Positions 24,697 to 36,474 of a stretch of DNA of 64,000 nt are shown here, piece after piece; position 1 is the first letter of the stretch; each line of letters opens with the position of its first letter. This stretch comes from Hamiltosporidium tvaerminnensis FI-OER-3-3 (taxonomy: Eukaryota > Fungi > Microsporidia). Both the position numbers and the translations under genes were made by a program. Location: the NCBI GenBank assembly GCA_022605425.2, contig CM061251.1, forward strand, positions 496,001 to 560,000, written 5' to 3'. The notes beneath the pieces were generated by a model, which saw nothing but the letters and a program-made list of their open reading frames with translations, searched no databases and was not told the origin of the DNA.

Positions 24697-27046
24697 ATGG
24701 TTTCACTTCATTATTGCTTAAATTATATTGGTTTGGTCTTTATAAATTATTCACAGCAGCGAAATATAACATTCTATGTTGAGAGCTCTTCTAAAGCACC
24801 AATTTCCGAATTAAATAGCATTGAGTCGAAAGGAGAATGTACATGTCAAATAAGAAGAGCTTTGGATGATGAATTCATAGAAGTTAAACATATGGAACAC
24901 ATTCCCAAAAGAGATCCAAATACAGAATATAATCAGTACATCCTATACAATACAGAAAATATTGAATTGAAATTCGATACTTTTGATAAAATAGGCAATG
25001 AAAATTTGAATGTTGGAATATTTCTTTGTCATCATATAAAGGAATTTGAATTTTCAATTTTTTATAAGTTTAAAAATTTCCTATTGTTTACTAGATAAAT
25101 CGATGACGATTGAAAAATTTTACACTATCTTATATTTTTTAGAATATTTAAGAGTCAAATATGATTTCACATTGAGAAGTTGTGTAAAAATGATTTGGAA
25201 TTCCTTAGATCAAAGCAAAGACTTAGAGAATTTAGATGTAGATAAAGTATCGTTTCACTTTTCGAAGCAAAAAATATTTTCTCATGAGCTTTTCAAAATA
25301 TTATCTAAGGTTTATTTCGAAAGATTTTTGTCGAAAGAAAAAAATATTTATCCATTATTATTCGGGATAGATAACAATTCACTTGAATATACATATAAAA
25401 AGTTGTACACTGAGAATAACATGCAATGTTTGACATTAAATGAAACAATCGCCTCATTTATTACTCGAATTATTGATAATGGTTTGATTAACAAAAATTT
25501 GTTTATTTTGCTTTTGAATACATTTGATGTAAAATATTTGCACATAATAAACATGCCGCCAAGAATTTACAATCATATTATTTCATTTTGAAATATATAA
25601 AGAAAAAGATCGATGAAGTTGTATTTAAGAATGTGTCAATTAATGATGAACTTATAACATTGTTAAACATGAATTCGAATTTTCTAAAACTTGAAAAAAT
25701 ATTTTTTTAAAATCAACTATTGCAACAAATTTAAAATTTTCAGAGGTCTTTAGTACAGGACCACTATTTATATTTTATACGGGTCTTGATATAAATAAAA
25801 AAGATATAATTACAGATTCCAGCGTCATCCAAAATTTAAACACAATTAAAAATATTATAAATAATTCAATGAAAGGAAAAATAGAAAATTGGTTGTTTCC
25901 AGTTAAAAAATGCATTCCTTCTGGTATAAATGAACAAAGAAACGATGAAAATATATATTTAAGTTTATTCGAATCTGATAAATTTCGAGAAAAAATCAAA
26001 ATATTTGATCCTTTGCATTTAAAATACAAAAAGTGGAATCTTAACGGCTTTTATGAATTGAATGGAGATTTTTATTCTTTTATGCTTACTTTTAGAGATT
26101 TTTGTTTAAATAGATTTGAGATTAAAGACATTATTGTGGCAAAAAATATTAGAAAAATTGAAATAAAAAATTCGAAGATACATATTGGTTTTTTGAAAGA
26201 CATTTTCTGCAAATCGTACATAAATCATTTAAGCATAATAGAGTCTCGCATAATTATGAAAGAAAATTTAAAATTAAAAAATAGCTGTATCAAGCATTTT
26301 TTTTCAAAGCTAAAAGACGAAAAGAATGTCAATATTTTCACGAACTTTTAAAATTTATGAAAAATCTTTAAAAAGCTCATCTAATTTATAAAAATGATAT
26401 TATTCTGCGGTTCAAGAATCGAAAATTTTATATTAAGGAATCATATATTTTTAAGATTTCGGAAAAGAATTTTAAAGGATTACCTAAAAACGAACTATCA
26501 TATAACATTATACCAAATGAAAACAATACTGGAAATTATGAATCCTACATAGGATCTTTAAAACTATTGTTTGTGAAATATAATTTTGGCAGAATTAATA
26601 AGCTAGGTATTTCCGCTTTCCCTATCAAGAAAGCCGATTTTAAAGCATGGAAAGATCTATTGTGCTTAAGAAATTTAACATTAGAACGGATAAGATTTGA
26701 AGAAGTATGTTTTTTTGAATTATTTTGTCCGGATGAGGAATATAAAATACAAAGTTTGGATTTTACCGAAATAAGCATTGGTGAACTTGTTTTGAAATTC
26801 ATCTCTGTGTTAACTCAACCCCGATATTTAAGATTAAATAATTGCCGTGTTCATCATAAGGCATCATTGTATATAAAATTGTCAATGTTAAGGAATGTTC
26901 ATCTTATAATTTGGTACAAAAAAGAATATTTTTGGAGCAAGTTTATTCAACATATTAAGGAAGAATTTGATGCGGAAAAAATTACCTTCCATCAACTTGA
27001 AGCCCATGGTATTTATATTTTAAATGAAATTCGAAGTTATTTCTGA
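24697..27046 (+). pseudogene. Frameshifted pseudogene of an LRR-like secreted family
   Basis: Same-strand ORF pieces (24697-25098, 25046-25591, 25869-26351, 26567-27046) that join by frameshifts; signal-like N-terminus; LxxLxL-like motifs (LRNLTLERI, IQSLDFTEI, RYLRLNNC). Confidence 0.7.
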
Positions 27047-27199
27047 TTAAAATTGGTTTATTTTCATTGAAAATAAATGCAAATTTAATATTTTTTTCAC
27101 TATGCCTTATTTTGATTCAATAAAATTCTAAAAAAAAAACATTTCCATTCTTTTACTTAGTCTTATTTTTTTCACCATTCAAGATTCTTCTGCTAATCC

Positions 27200-28330
27200 T
27201 ACGCTTAATTTGTATTTTTTGTCGGATACTTTAAGGTGATTATACGCTTGAAATTAAAGGAATTATAATTTTTGTTGTAACATGTTTAAACCATTTTCTT
27301 CGCTTCTAATTTGTCTTAAAAGAAGGTTTATTTCTCATATATCACTGCTCTTTTAATAACACCGTCGGAATAGTTTCTATCCCCTCTTCGGTATTTGGAC
27401 CCGACTCAAGTCTTCTTTGATGATCAAAGGAAACCATTTGACAGTTTCTTGAGCACCAACGATGAACGTATGTCATTACGTTCATGAGTATTTATATTCA
27501 CTTGAGATATAAGTTATGGTATTTTGTCACAATACCGTCCCAGGTCATCACCTAAGTAATTACCCTAAATGTACACGATAAACAGGATTTGACTCATTTT
27601 CTAATTCGTCATTTTTTCTAAATTTTTCTGCTTCAACCATTTGAAATGAATCTCGAGAAGTAATTCAGAATTTGATGAGTTTTTTTCATATTTCTACTCC
27701 AATCTAAAAATGATATTTTTTATCCATTATAAGAATCTCGAAATTGGTTTCAATTTTGAGATCTACTCTTATCTTTGCATGATCGATTTCAATAATTTCT
27801 TGAATAATATGTTTTTTTATTCGTTTCTCAGACTTACTCATTCTTATTGGGAATAAGTAAATGTATATATCATATTACATCATTATGTCGTCTGCTATAG
27901 TCATGCCCGAATATTTTCTCTTAATGAGTCGCCAAATCATCAAATGTCTTAACAGATTAGTTTGGGTGTTGATACATGGTTTCTGCAATCCAGAACTTTG
28001 CTTTTTCAAGGATTATATAATATATTTCTTCTACTCTTTTGAGTTGTTATTAATATGCACAATCTCGTTTTTTCTTGTATTATATAGCCATGAATATCCC
28101 TCTTTTTTTATTTAGCCATTTAATTTTGCAATTTGAGCCTCATCTAAATTTTTTTTGTTGACTTTTTTTCAAACCTATATTTTACTTTTAAGAAACTTTT
28201 ATTGACGCAAGAAGAGTTTATGGATATTTTCCACGCGTAAGATAGCTGTTAATCTGATTATTGTTTCTTTGTTAATTTTCCACGCAATCAAAGAGTGAGA
28301 GAAGCATATTTAACATCGTAACTCATTACT
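27200..28330 (-). mobile_element. Decayed R4/Dong-like (RLE-type) non-LTR retrotransposon fragment
   Basis: rc ~27370-27565 reads VMTWDGIVTKYHNLYLK*I*ILMNV..SLVLKK..VSFDHQRRLESG, the typical microsporidian RLE C-terminus; upstream boundary uncertain. Confidence 0.6.
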
Positions 28331-28755
28331 TGTAGGCCTCTTCCAATTTATTTTCTATGATTATACAAACGCTTAAATGACCCATGGCAAATATTCATTT
28401 AATTTTTTTTGCTAAAAACACACGCACAGCATTATCTAACCTGTTAAAGTCAGGTGTAGAAGTCGGAAGCCTCCTATATACTAGTTTATCAACAATTTTA
28501 CGTATATATTGATTATTAAGGTATTTTTTGACATTTAATCTACTGGGATAGAGCTTCTGTACTCGTGTTATCCGGTTGTACTTTAAATATAAAATATATT
28601 TTTAACAAAACACGATTTAAAACAAAGTAATCTAAAATACAAAATAAACCGTTTAAAAATGAAGTGAAAAATAGGATTTTTATAATTATTTCTTCTTAGA
28701 AAATAAAATCCATAGAGAAATATTTCTTTAATTTAAGAATTTTTTCAGAATATCT

Positions 28756-29470
28756 TAGTGGAGGGTGGATAAACACATAACAAACTTTCTGCTTGGTAAT
28801 GAGTATGTGAAACTGGTTTGAGGATCATTATTTGGATTTTTTATCTGAATAAAATCCCACTACATCTTCGGTTGTTCCATGAAAGTTGTTATGAGGAGGA
28901 GAGATCTAGGAAATAGCGAAAATTTTTCTACAAATTTATTTGTAGTTTTTTACGTAACCAGATTGCAGACCGCAGCTGAACTTGTAAGTAATTACCATGT
29001 AAAGGCATGGAAACCTAGCCTTGCACCTTCAGTTGAAAATTTAGCGCCTAATATATATATAAAATAAAACCATTCAAAGCAGGGAAATCTAAGTAGCAAG
29101 TTATACCTGTTGGTATGACATTGCAGTGTCTAGGTGAGCCCTATGTAAGTCTCTAAAATATATCTTAGCTAGAAGTTTATTGGATTCAGGAAGTGTAGAG
29201 TAAGTGGGAATGCTGGATAGTCCAGTAGGGGTTCCAGCGTTAATTTACCTCAAGATCACTTTTCATGCAAATGAAATTAACAAAACCCGGGAACTGCCTC
29301 GCCCATTAATGGAGTTATACACACTGGTAGTCTACAAAGCTTTGGAAGTAGGTAGCGCAAAGAGTACCGATGGATTGTTGGGTATCAGTTATTTATTTTA
29401 AACCTAGAACTGCATTAATGTCATGAAAAAAGATGTAACACTTGCCACTGTTTTAACAAGCTGTGATATT
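28756..29470 (+). repeat. Family A copy 3
   Basis: TAGTGGAGGGTGGATAAACAC...CACTTGCCACTGTTTTAACAAGCTGTGATATTT; colinear with 52979-53695 rc. Confidence 0.9.
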
Positions 29471-29707
29471 TTTATAAATTCAAAATCCTTTTAGAATATC
29501 ATATATTTCTTTTGAATATTCCTTCCTTAAATTATTTATTCTAAAAATCTTTTTTTATTATCTTTATATTATCTGACAGATCATTTATTTTGCACATCCT
29601 TCTTTTCATTCTTTTTAAAATTTTTTATTTACATTTAGGAGCCCTAGAATGTGAATTTCTTTTTTAAAAAATATTTTTTTAAATTCATTTTTGTTACCCT
29701 TCATCAA

Positions 29708-29995
29708 ATGGTAAGTTCACTTTTTCTAATGTTTTAGCAAACGAAAGATATTTGTTCATCACTTTTAAATAATAAGAAGTTAGCATGCAAACAGAAAAGA
29801 CTTATTCCAGAACCAAACAGTTATTTTATGACAGTAAAGTGCTCTGGATGCAGTATGACTACAATATGTTTCTCTCACTCACAAAGTAAAAGAGTATGCA
29901 AAGGATGTAATACTGTGCTTTGCTATCCAACTGGTGGTACAGCCAAAATTGCTAATAAATGTTCCTTCAAGAAAGTATTAAGAAGCGTTGAGTAA
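29708..29995 (+). CDS. RPS27: 40S ribosomal protein eS27; exons 29708-29710 and 29738-29995, 27-nt intron 29711-29737
   Basis: ATG|GTAAGT...CTAATGTTTTAG|; spliced product MQTKDICSSLLNNKKLACKQKRLIPEPNSYFMTVKCSGC...FSHSQ...CKGCNTVLCYPTGGTAKI has the eS27 C4 zinc finger. Confidence 0.93.
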
Positions 29996-30160
29996 TAAAA
30001 AAGTATTTAATGATATAAGTGTTTTTCGTTGTGTTTTTACATTTATTTTATTTTAATTTTTTTATTTTATTAGAAGTACTTTAGTACTTGTGATTCATAT
30101 GGATAATAAAAATAAAATTTTAAAAGAAAAGAAAAATGGCAAAATAAAAGTAAAACGGCT

Positions 30161-31117
30161 TCATTTATTTTCATAAAGTTCAATACAGAATTTATAAATT
30201 TTTCTCGTTTCTTCATCCAAATATCTTCTTGCTTGACTTAAAAATACTTCGGATTCCTCTTCAAATAATTCCAACCTCTTTTTTATAAACGGTAGAACAA
30301 TATTTTCACCCTTGGTTTGAAAATACTGTAAAATTAATATTTTATCATTTTCATTTTTACTTTCTTCCACCAGATGACTAAGATACCAGGTCAATTTACA
30401 TTCTTGTAAATCATTACTCGTTTTTTTTGTCTTTTCAGGAAAGAAATTTAAATAATCGTCTTTAAATTGCATAAATATGCCCATTATTTCACTAAAAGGT
30501 AGTAAATTTTTAGGCGGTACTTTATCACTATAAATATATGCCATATAAATTGGAAGGTAAATGGTATAATATGCAGTTTTTGCAATAACCATTGTTTTGT
30601 AATTTTGAATTGAATAAACCTTTTTTATACTTTCAAAATCAGTACATTGACTGGGTAAGACATCATGAAGTTCTCCTAATATTGTTTTTAAAAGTACATT
30701 TTCATAAACCTTTAGTAAATTTGTATAGCTTTTACTATTTAAAGAATATTTTTTGAGAATTTTCTTTATTAGCAATAAAAGAAAAATTGCATCTTTGTGT
30801 GCATTCAAACCGACCAATTTGTACCAACAGGGATGACCACGTCGTATCTCTGAATTATCGATTATATCATCGGATATGATTAAAGCAGTTTGTAGAACTT
30901 CAATACAAAAACCTACCACCTTAGAATTATCATCTATGGTATGCCCAAGTTCTTTTAGTGTATTCAAAAACGTATAAAATCTATACGATTTCGCACCAAT
31001 AAATGTCTTATCTATAATATTTAAAAGTCTCGTTATACAATGAGTATCTGTATGTTCAATCTCTTTTAAAATAGAAATCATCGATTCTTTGAATTTCTCT
31101 ATATTTATTTCAAACAT
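30161..31117 (-). CDS. ERG20: Farnesyl diphosphate synthase
   Basis: FARM ISDDIIDNSEIRRGHPCWY; KTAYYTIYLP; SARM-like QFKDDYLN; DLQECKLTW. Confidence 0.9.
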   Translation of the reverse strand: MFEINIEKFKESMISILKEIEHTDTHCITRLLNIIDKTFIGAKSYRFYTFLNTLKELGHTIDDNSKVVGFCIEVLQTALIISDDIIDNSEIRRGHPCWYKLVGLNAHKDAIFLLLLIKKILKKYSLNSKSYTNLLKVYENVLLKTILGELHDVLPSQCTDFESIKKVYSIQNYKTMVIAKTAYYTIYLPIYMAYIYSDKVPPKNLLPFSEIMGIFMQFKDDYLNFFPEKTKKTSNDLQECKLTWYLSHLVEESKNENDKILILQYFQTKGENIVLPFIKKRLELFEEESEVFLSQARRYLDEETRKIYKFCIELYENK

Positions 31118-31704
31118 TTTATTGGGACGGTTTTTCGATTAATTTATACATAATATTTGATATATTTAATTTATCTCTTACTTTAAATGGAAATGATTGA
31201 ATTAATCAAATTTAATTTATTTGTTAATTAATATTTTACTGTGTTTGGTTGTAACTATGGAATGAATAATATTTTGTATAATTTATACATATAAAAGCTT
31301 TCATTAGTAGTTTAGATTCAATTATTTTATTTATCAATTTAAACAGATGAGTTAAAAATTTTTTTATTCAAACTTTAAATATTAAATTCATTTTTTGTCA
31401 TTATATTAGACATAAACATCGAATAACTACAAAAGCAATACTATAAATATTAATATATTACAATTCGAAAGATTAATAGTGCCTCAAATTTAAATAAAAT
31501 CTTTTTTAGAAATATATATTTTTAATTTATCATATATATAAGTGACAGTTAGTGATTTCAATCATATTTCATTTATAAATTGATTTAAAATTAAATTGCA
31601 AGTAGTTTTATAAAATTATTTATTATATTTCCGAGTAAAATAATTTTAAAATTAAAGTCTTTAATGTTAAATAGAACATTTGTTTAATTTTTTTATATAA
31701 AGCA

Positions 31705-31910
31705 AAATAATTTTATATTTTGATTATTACAAACAATAAAATCTTTACTTGTTTAGTTGAGTGAAATAAAATAAATTTCTATTTGATATTACATAATTTA
31801 CTTGTTGTGAATAAATAATTTATATTTTGATTATTCCAATCTTTCTTGTTGTGAAATAAATAATTTTATTTTGATTATTCCAAAAATCTTGTTGTGAAAT
31901 AAATTTCTAT
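31705..31910. repeat. Degenerate ~45-bp AT-rich minisatellite
   Basis: Recurring CTTGTTGTGAA(A)TAAATAATTT..TTTTGATTATTCCAA units. Confidence 0.7.
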
Positions 31911-32384
31911 TATTTCTAACTTAGGAAGTAATTAAAAATTGAGATTATTATTGGCATTTAAATTGTACATTAAAAAAATAATGCATAAAACATTGCTTTG
32001 ATTTTGTTATAAAATACGTAAGAAGTAGAATATAAATTTTTATTGAAGAGAAACACTTAGATTTTTTCAAAAATAGTAAAAAAAGAATAAACTTCTATTT
32101 AAATGTTGTTTTGTTTTAGATAATAAAAAAAGTCTTCAAAAGAGAGGTTAGTAATTTTATAATTCGATTTATTTAGAAATATTAATTTGAAAATAAATTG
32201 AATAACAAAAGAATAAATTAAATGAAAAATATTTTATATCATAATTAGACTGTGTCATTCATATTTTTTAAGATATAAAAATTGAATGAAAAATGAAATT
32301 GTTTATGTTTGTTCAGCTCTTCGTTGATTTTTCTTTTTGATGATTTTTATTTAATATTTAGGTGGTTTTGTTTTTATTATGGTT

Positions 32385-32770
32385 GTACCTTTTGATTTAA
32401 AGAAATTTTTGAAATCAAAGAAAAAATCAAGAATTTAAAGACGGATAAAAACCGATGTTAAAATTCGAAATAATAGATCTGATATATTTATTTTGGATGA
32501 AAAATACGAAAAGATAAAATATATAAACATATGCCACTTCATAAGATTAGTTTAAGAATTCTAATTTGAAACATATTGGTAAAAATAATACAAGGTTGAT
32601 TATGTCTTGTAATATTTGTAAAATGCAGTGTTGAGATAATTCCTTATGTGATAGCCTATATGGTATTGTTACTAAACATTTGAAATTTGGCGTAAGAAAC
32701 TAGAAATTCTATGTTTATATAATAACTGCTATATTCAATATAATAAATAAACAATAGATTTTATATTCTA
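32385..32770 (+). mobile_element. Decayed R4/Dong-like non-LTR retrotransposon RLE domain
   Basis: Translates RIKTDVKIRNNRSDIFILDEK...CSVEIIPYVIA..GIVTKH (cf. RIKTDVKIRNNRPDIFILDKK...KCSVEIIPYVMTWDGIVTKYH) with frameshifts. Confidence 0.75.
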
Positions 32771-33075
32771 TACTAACGAAGGTGAGCTAAGTCAAGACAA
32801 GATGTATATAGAAAATATGCATGGTTTTGGCACTTAAACGACTGAATTACCTCTATTATATATAGACCGGTACCTACTGATAAAAAAATAGCGGTTGACG
32901 ATTAAAAATTCAAAATATAAATCGCTTGGTGAAATAGAATGGTTTATATCAACTCATCGGATTGAAACATAATAAATGAATCGTAGAAAACTTAAAAACC
33001 GGAGTTAACGAAAATTTAAAGGCTAATAAAGTTTAAATGATATAACGCAGATATTCAAGCCACTTTATATAAAAT

Positions 33076-33769
33076 TATCACACCTTAAAAAATAGTGGCA
33101 AGTGCTATATTTTTTTTCAGGACATTAATGCAGTTCTAGGTTTAACATAAATTACTGCTACCCCACACTCCATCAGTACCCCCTGCGATACCTACATTCA
33201 AAAGCCTTCTATTCCACCGGCGTGTAGAAGTCCATTAATGGGCGAGGCAGTTGCCCCAAGTTCGTTAATATTCGTTGCATGAAAAGTGATCTTAGGGTAA
33301 ATTAACGCTGAACCCCCTCTGAACTATCCAGCATTCCCACTTACTCTACACTTTCCAATCTTCATAAACTTCTGCCATAGATATATTATAAAGATTTACA
33401 TAGGGTTCACCTAGACAGTGCAATGTCATAGCAACAGGTATATCAGCTAATTGGCTTAAATGTTTTGATTTTATATCTCCCAGGAGCTAAATATTTTGAC
33501 ATAAATGAGAAAGACTGGTTTTCATGTTTTTAAATGGCAATTATCTACAAGTTAAGCTATGACCTGCGATCTAGTTACATAAAAAACTATAAAATAAATT
33601 ATCAGAAAAAGTTTCACTATTTCGAAGACTATTTAAAACAAACACCAATGGAACAAACGAAAATATATTGGGTTTTATTAATGCTTAAAATGTTAAAAAT
33701 GCTTCGCACTACTTTCACATTCGCATTACCAAGCAGATGGTTTTTGAAGTAGTCATCCTCTCTCCACTA
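33076..33769 (-). repeat. Family A copy 4
   Basis: Colinear with 52979-53695; AATAGTGG...CCACTATT short inverted ends; internal deletions. Confidence 0.85.
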
Positions 33770-34139
33770 TTAAACTACAAAACCTATATTTCTTCGTTAA
33801 TACCAATTCCGATACTCGAATCAAAATTTCTGTTTTTTAGAATAGTTTTTTTTTTCAAAAAAATTTTCAAGATTCTGTGTTTTTAGTTTAAGTTAAATAT
33901 TCAAAATCAATCAAACTAAAAATTTTTAAGCAGTTTTATACAAACAAATTGGTAAAATATTTTAATTATCTCATACATTTTTAAGTTAGAATATACTTTT
34001 TTTTTAACCGACTTAGTGCTCTTTGCCAATGAAATTAGTAGAATATAAAAATGGTTTTAAAAATGACTTTACTCCCTAATATTTTACTTTAAAATTAAAA
34101 ACTATTTTGAAAATATCCCTTGAAAAAGGAATATATAAC

Positions 34140-34562
34140 ATGCCTCTTGTAATCTATACTCTTAAATCTCCATATACGCATGTCATTAACATTTTTTTTC
34201 CGTCTACACCATATATTTCCACAATTTCCCCAATTGCACTTCAAAAACTATCCACTCACGTATATGCAGTACCAAATTCTCCAAATACAAAATATTTAGA
34301 ATATTATGCTACGGTTATATATAAATGTGATTACAATACTCTTACAGTTATAGATAAGGCAAAAAGAACTGTGATTTATTATTCAATAAATCGCAATATA
34401 GACGGCTCAATAAAAGAATATGTTTTACAGAATAAAACACCAACAGAAACCACATCTTTTAACAATAAAACTGTACAAAATAAAAATTTACCATATTTAA
34501 AAGTACAAGAAGGAGAAGAAGTAATATTTCCCGAGGAAGGGGAGGAAAGTGATGAGATCTAA
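34140..34562 (+). CDS. Small hypothetical protein, possible reduced Elongator subunit Elp5/Iki1
   Basis: First ATG at 34140 with upstream CCC; C-terminus TSFN...LPYL...IFPEEGEESDEI resembles the Elp5 tail pattern TFNL..LP(F/Y)..I.YE..acidic. Confidence 0.55.
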   Translation: MPLVIYTLKSPYTHVINIFFPSTPYISTISPIALQKLSTHVYAVPNSPNTKYLEYYATVIYKCDYNTLTVIDKAKRTVIYYSINRNIDGSIKEYVLQNKTPTETTSFNNKTVQNKNLPYLKVQEGEEVIFPEEGEESDEI

Positions 34563-34989
34563 AACTCATATTTGGTAAGAATTATTAAAAAAAATTACGT
34601 TTTGTTCTTTGATTCTCATATATTTTCGATTCTTTTTGATTTCTTGAATTATGATATATTTTATTAAAATCTCCGTTTTTAATTGAATAAAATTTTTTAA
34701 GATTTTCCTCCTAATATCTTTAAATTTTTGTTTCTGATGAGGATTTAATATTTTGTTGGCTTTTATTGGAAATCTTCTTTATTTTATAAACCAATCCCTA
34801 TTTCATTTAAATTTATTGTTGGTATTCAATGTTTTATTATTTAAATTAAAATGGTATTCGAAATGAAAAAAATGTTTTTTTTCATAAGCAGCAGTTAAAA
34901 AATAGAAATAGAATAAAATTAAACTTAAAAATAAAATATTTTTTATTCACTACCTCTCTGACCCAAAAATGCATAAAAATTTCATCTTT

Positions 34990-36474
34990 TTAATCATTAT
35001 CCCATCCTTTATTCTCTCTAACCGTAACACCTTCTCCCTTAACTAACACATATTCACTTGTTTGTAATATAACACCCATTATTTCCATACAATACTCAAA
35101 ACACCTAATAACACCCTCGCAGGCATACTCACCCGTTATTACCATATCTCCATACATAACACCCAACTGCTTATAAATAAGCCTAGAAATATCTTCATAT
35201 GATTTAGAAACATTTAAAAGGAAAGAAGATAAGTCTTTAAAATAGCAAGGAAGGCTTAGAGTATTAAAACTGCCTTTTTCTGATTCATTTTCTTCTTTGA
35301 TAAAATATCTTTTTAACATATTTAAACCGTCTTCAATTTCCCTTTCCCAATCTGCAATTCTACTTTCCACGGACTCACACATAACAATACTTACAACCTT
35401 TCCATTGCCGTATATAACACTATATTCTTCATTCTCTCTAAATATACCTACGCCCCTTAAACTACCAACACATCCACTACCCATGACTTTATTAACACTA
35501 CCACCACACATTATTTGTAGCCTTCGTATATCGTGTTTGCTTAAAATTTTAATACCAACCATATTTTTCATATTAATCATTTGAAGATGAATATCTTCAA
35601 TCTTTCCGTTACAAATTACTACATCGCTTTGTATTTCATTAACAAGATTTTCTATATTTTCAAGAGAGTTTGAACTATAAGATAATAATTCTTTGCTGTC
35701 TGTAAATAAGAGAGTACCTTTTGTCTCGGTGCGCGAAATGTCAAAAGGACAGTCATAAATAGAAACACTGTATTCTTCAGTTATTGAAGGATCAAATTTA
35801 TTATTCCTAGGTATTAAAATTTTGTTTTTTGTACAAGGTCTTCTCTCAATAACCATTCCTTTAATTAGATAACTATCTTCTATATTACCTCTGATGGCTT
35901 TGACAGTTCTAATTCTATCTATATCCATACTTTTTGTAGTTAGAATGGCTTGTATGACAAGGTTGCGTAATTTAGAACTATTTATAAAAGGAATAAGAAG
36001 TTTGTCGAGTATATTGCTTTCACTTGACGAAAGTATAATCTGTGTGTTTTTTTGACTATTTTTGGCGCATTGCCGAATATGGGATATAAATTGAGAATAC
36101 ACCTTATTAATATCACCAGGTTTAATATTTTTGTTGAGTAAAGAATTTGTAAGTGTAAGAGTAGAATGAGTAAGATGAATAAACAAATTTTGTGGAATAT
36201 TGAGTGTCTGAGCTTTTTCTAAATAAATAGAAAATAATTTTGCAATTGGATGATTAATAGGAAGATTTGGTAAAATAAGAGATGGATTGCTAACCGCTAT
36301 TGTTGAATATGGTGTTATTACAAGTTTTAATGGTGAAATATTATTAGATTCGTTCTTTTTAGTATCGAGGAATGAAAGAATGGCTGCAAGATTATTTATG
36401 GAAGCCTGTGTTGGTGAAATGGAATGAGTTGATTTGTTTGAAATCAGAGACGAAAGATTCGTATTGTATGACAT
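34990..36474 (-). CDS. CCT8: Divergent chaperonin CCT/TRiC subunit theta
   Basis: DIDRIRTVKAIRGNIEDSYLIKGMV, CPFDISRTETKGTLLF and SKHDIRRL match CCT8-specific motifs; ATG at 36474 follows ATCCCTTAAA. Confidence 0.85.
   Translation of the reverse strand: MSYNTNLSSLISNKSTHSISPTQASINNLAAILSFLDTKKNESNNISPLKLVITPYSTIAVSNPSLILPNLPINHPIAKLFSIYLEKAQTLNIPQNLFIHLTHSTLTLTNSLLNKNIKPGDINKVYSQFISHIRQCAKNSQKNTQIILSSSESNILDKLLIPFINSSKLRNLVIQAILTTKSMDIDRIRTVKAIRGNIEDSYLIKGMVIERRPCTKNKILIPRNNKFDPSITEEYSVSIYDCPFDISRTETKGTLLFTDSKELLSYSSNSLENIENLVNEIQSDVVICNGKIEDIHLQMINMKNMVGIKILSKHDIRRLQIMCGGSVNKVMGSGCVGSLRGVGIFRENEEYSVIYGNGKVVSIVMCESVESRIADWEREIEDGLNMLKRYFIKEENESEKGSFNTLSLPCYFKDLSSFLLNVSKSYEDISRLIYKQLGVMYGDMVITGEYACEGVIRCFEYCMEIMGVILQTSEYVLVKGEGVTVRENKGWDND

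Noticed and set aside
28879-29401. Short ORFs inside family A copies (also 6663, 33534, 53415)
   Set aside because: Stops and frameshifts differ among copies and no domain is recognisable; similarity just reflects the DNA repeat
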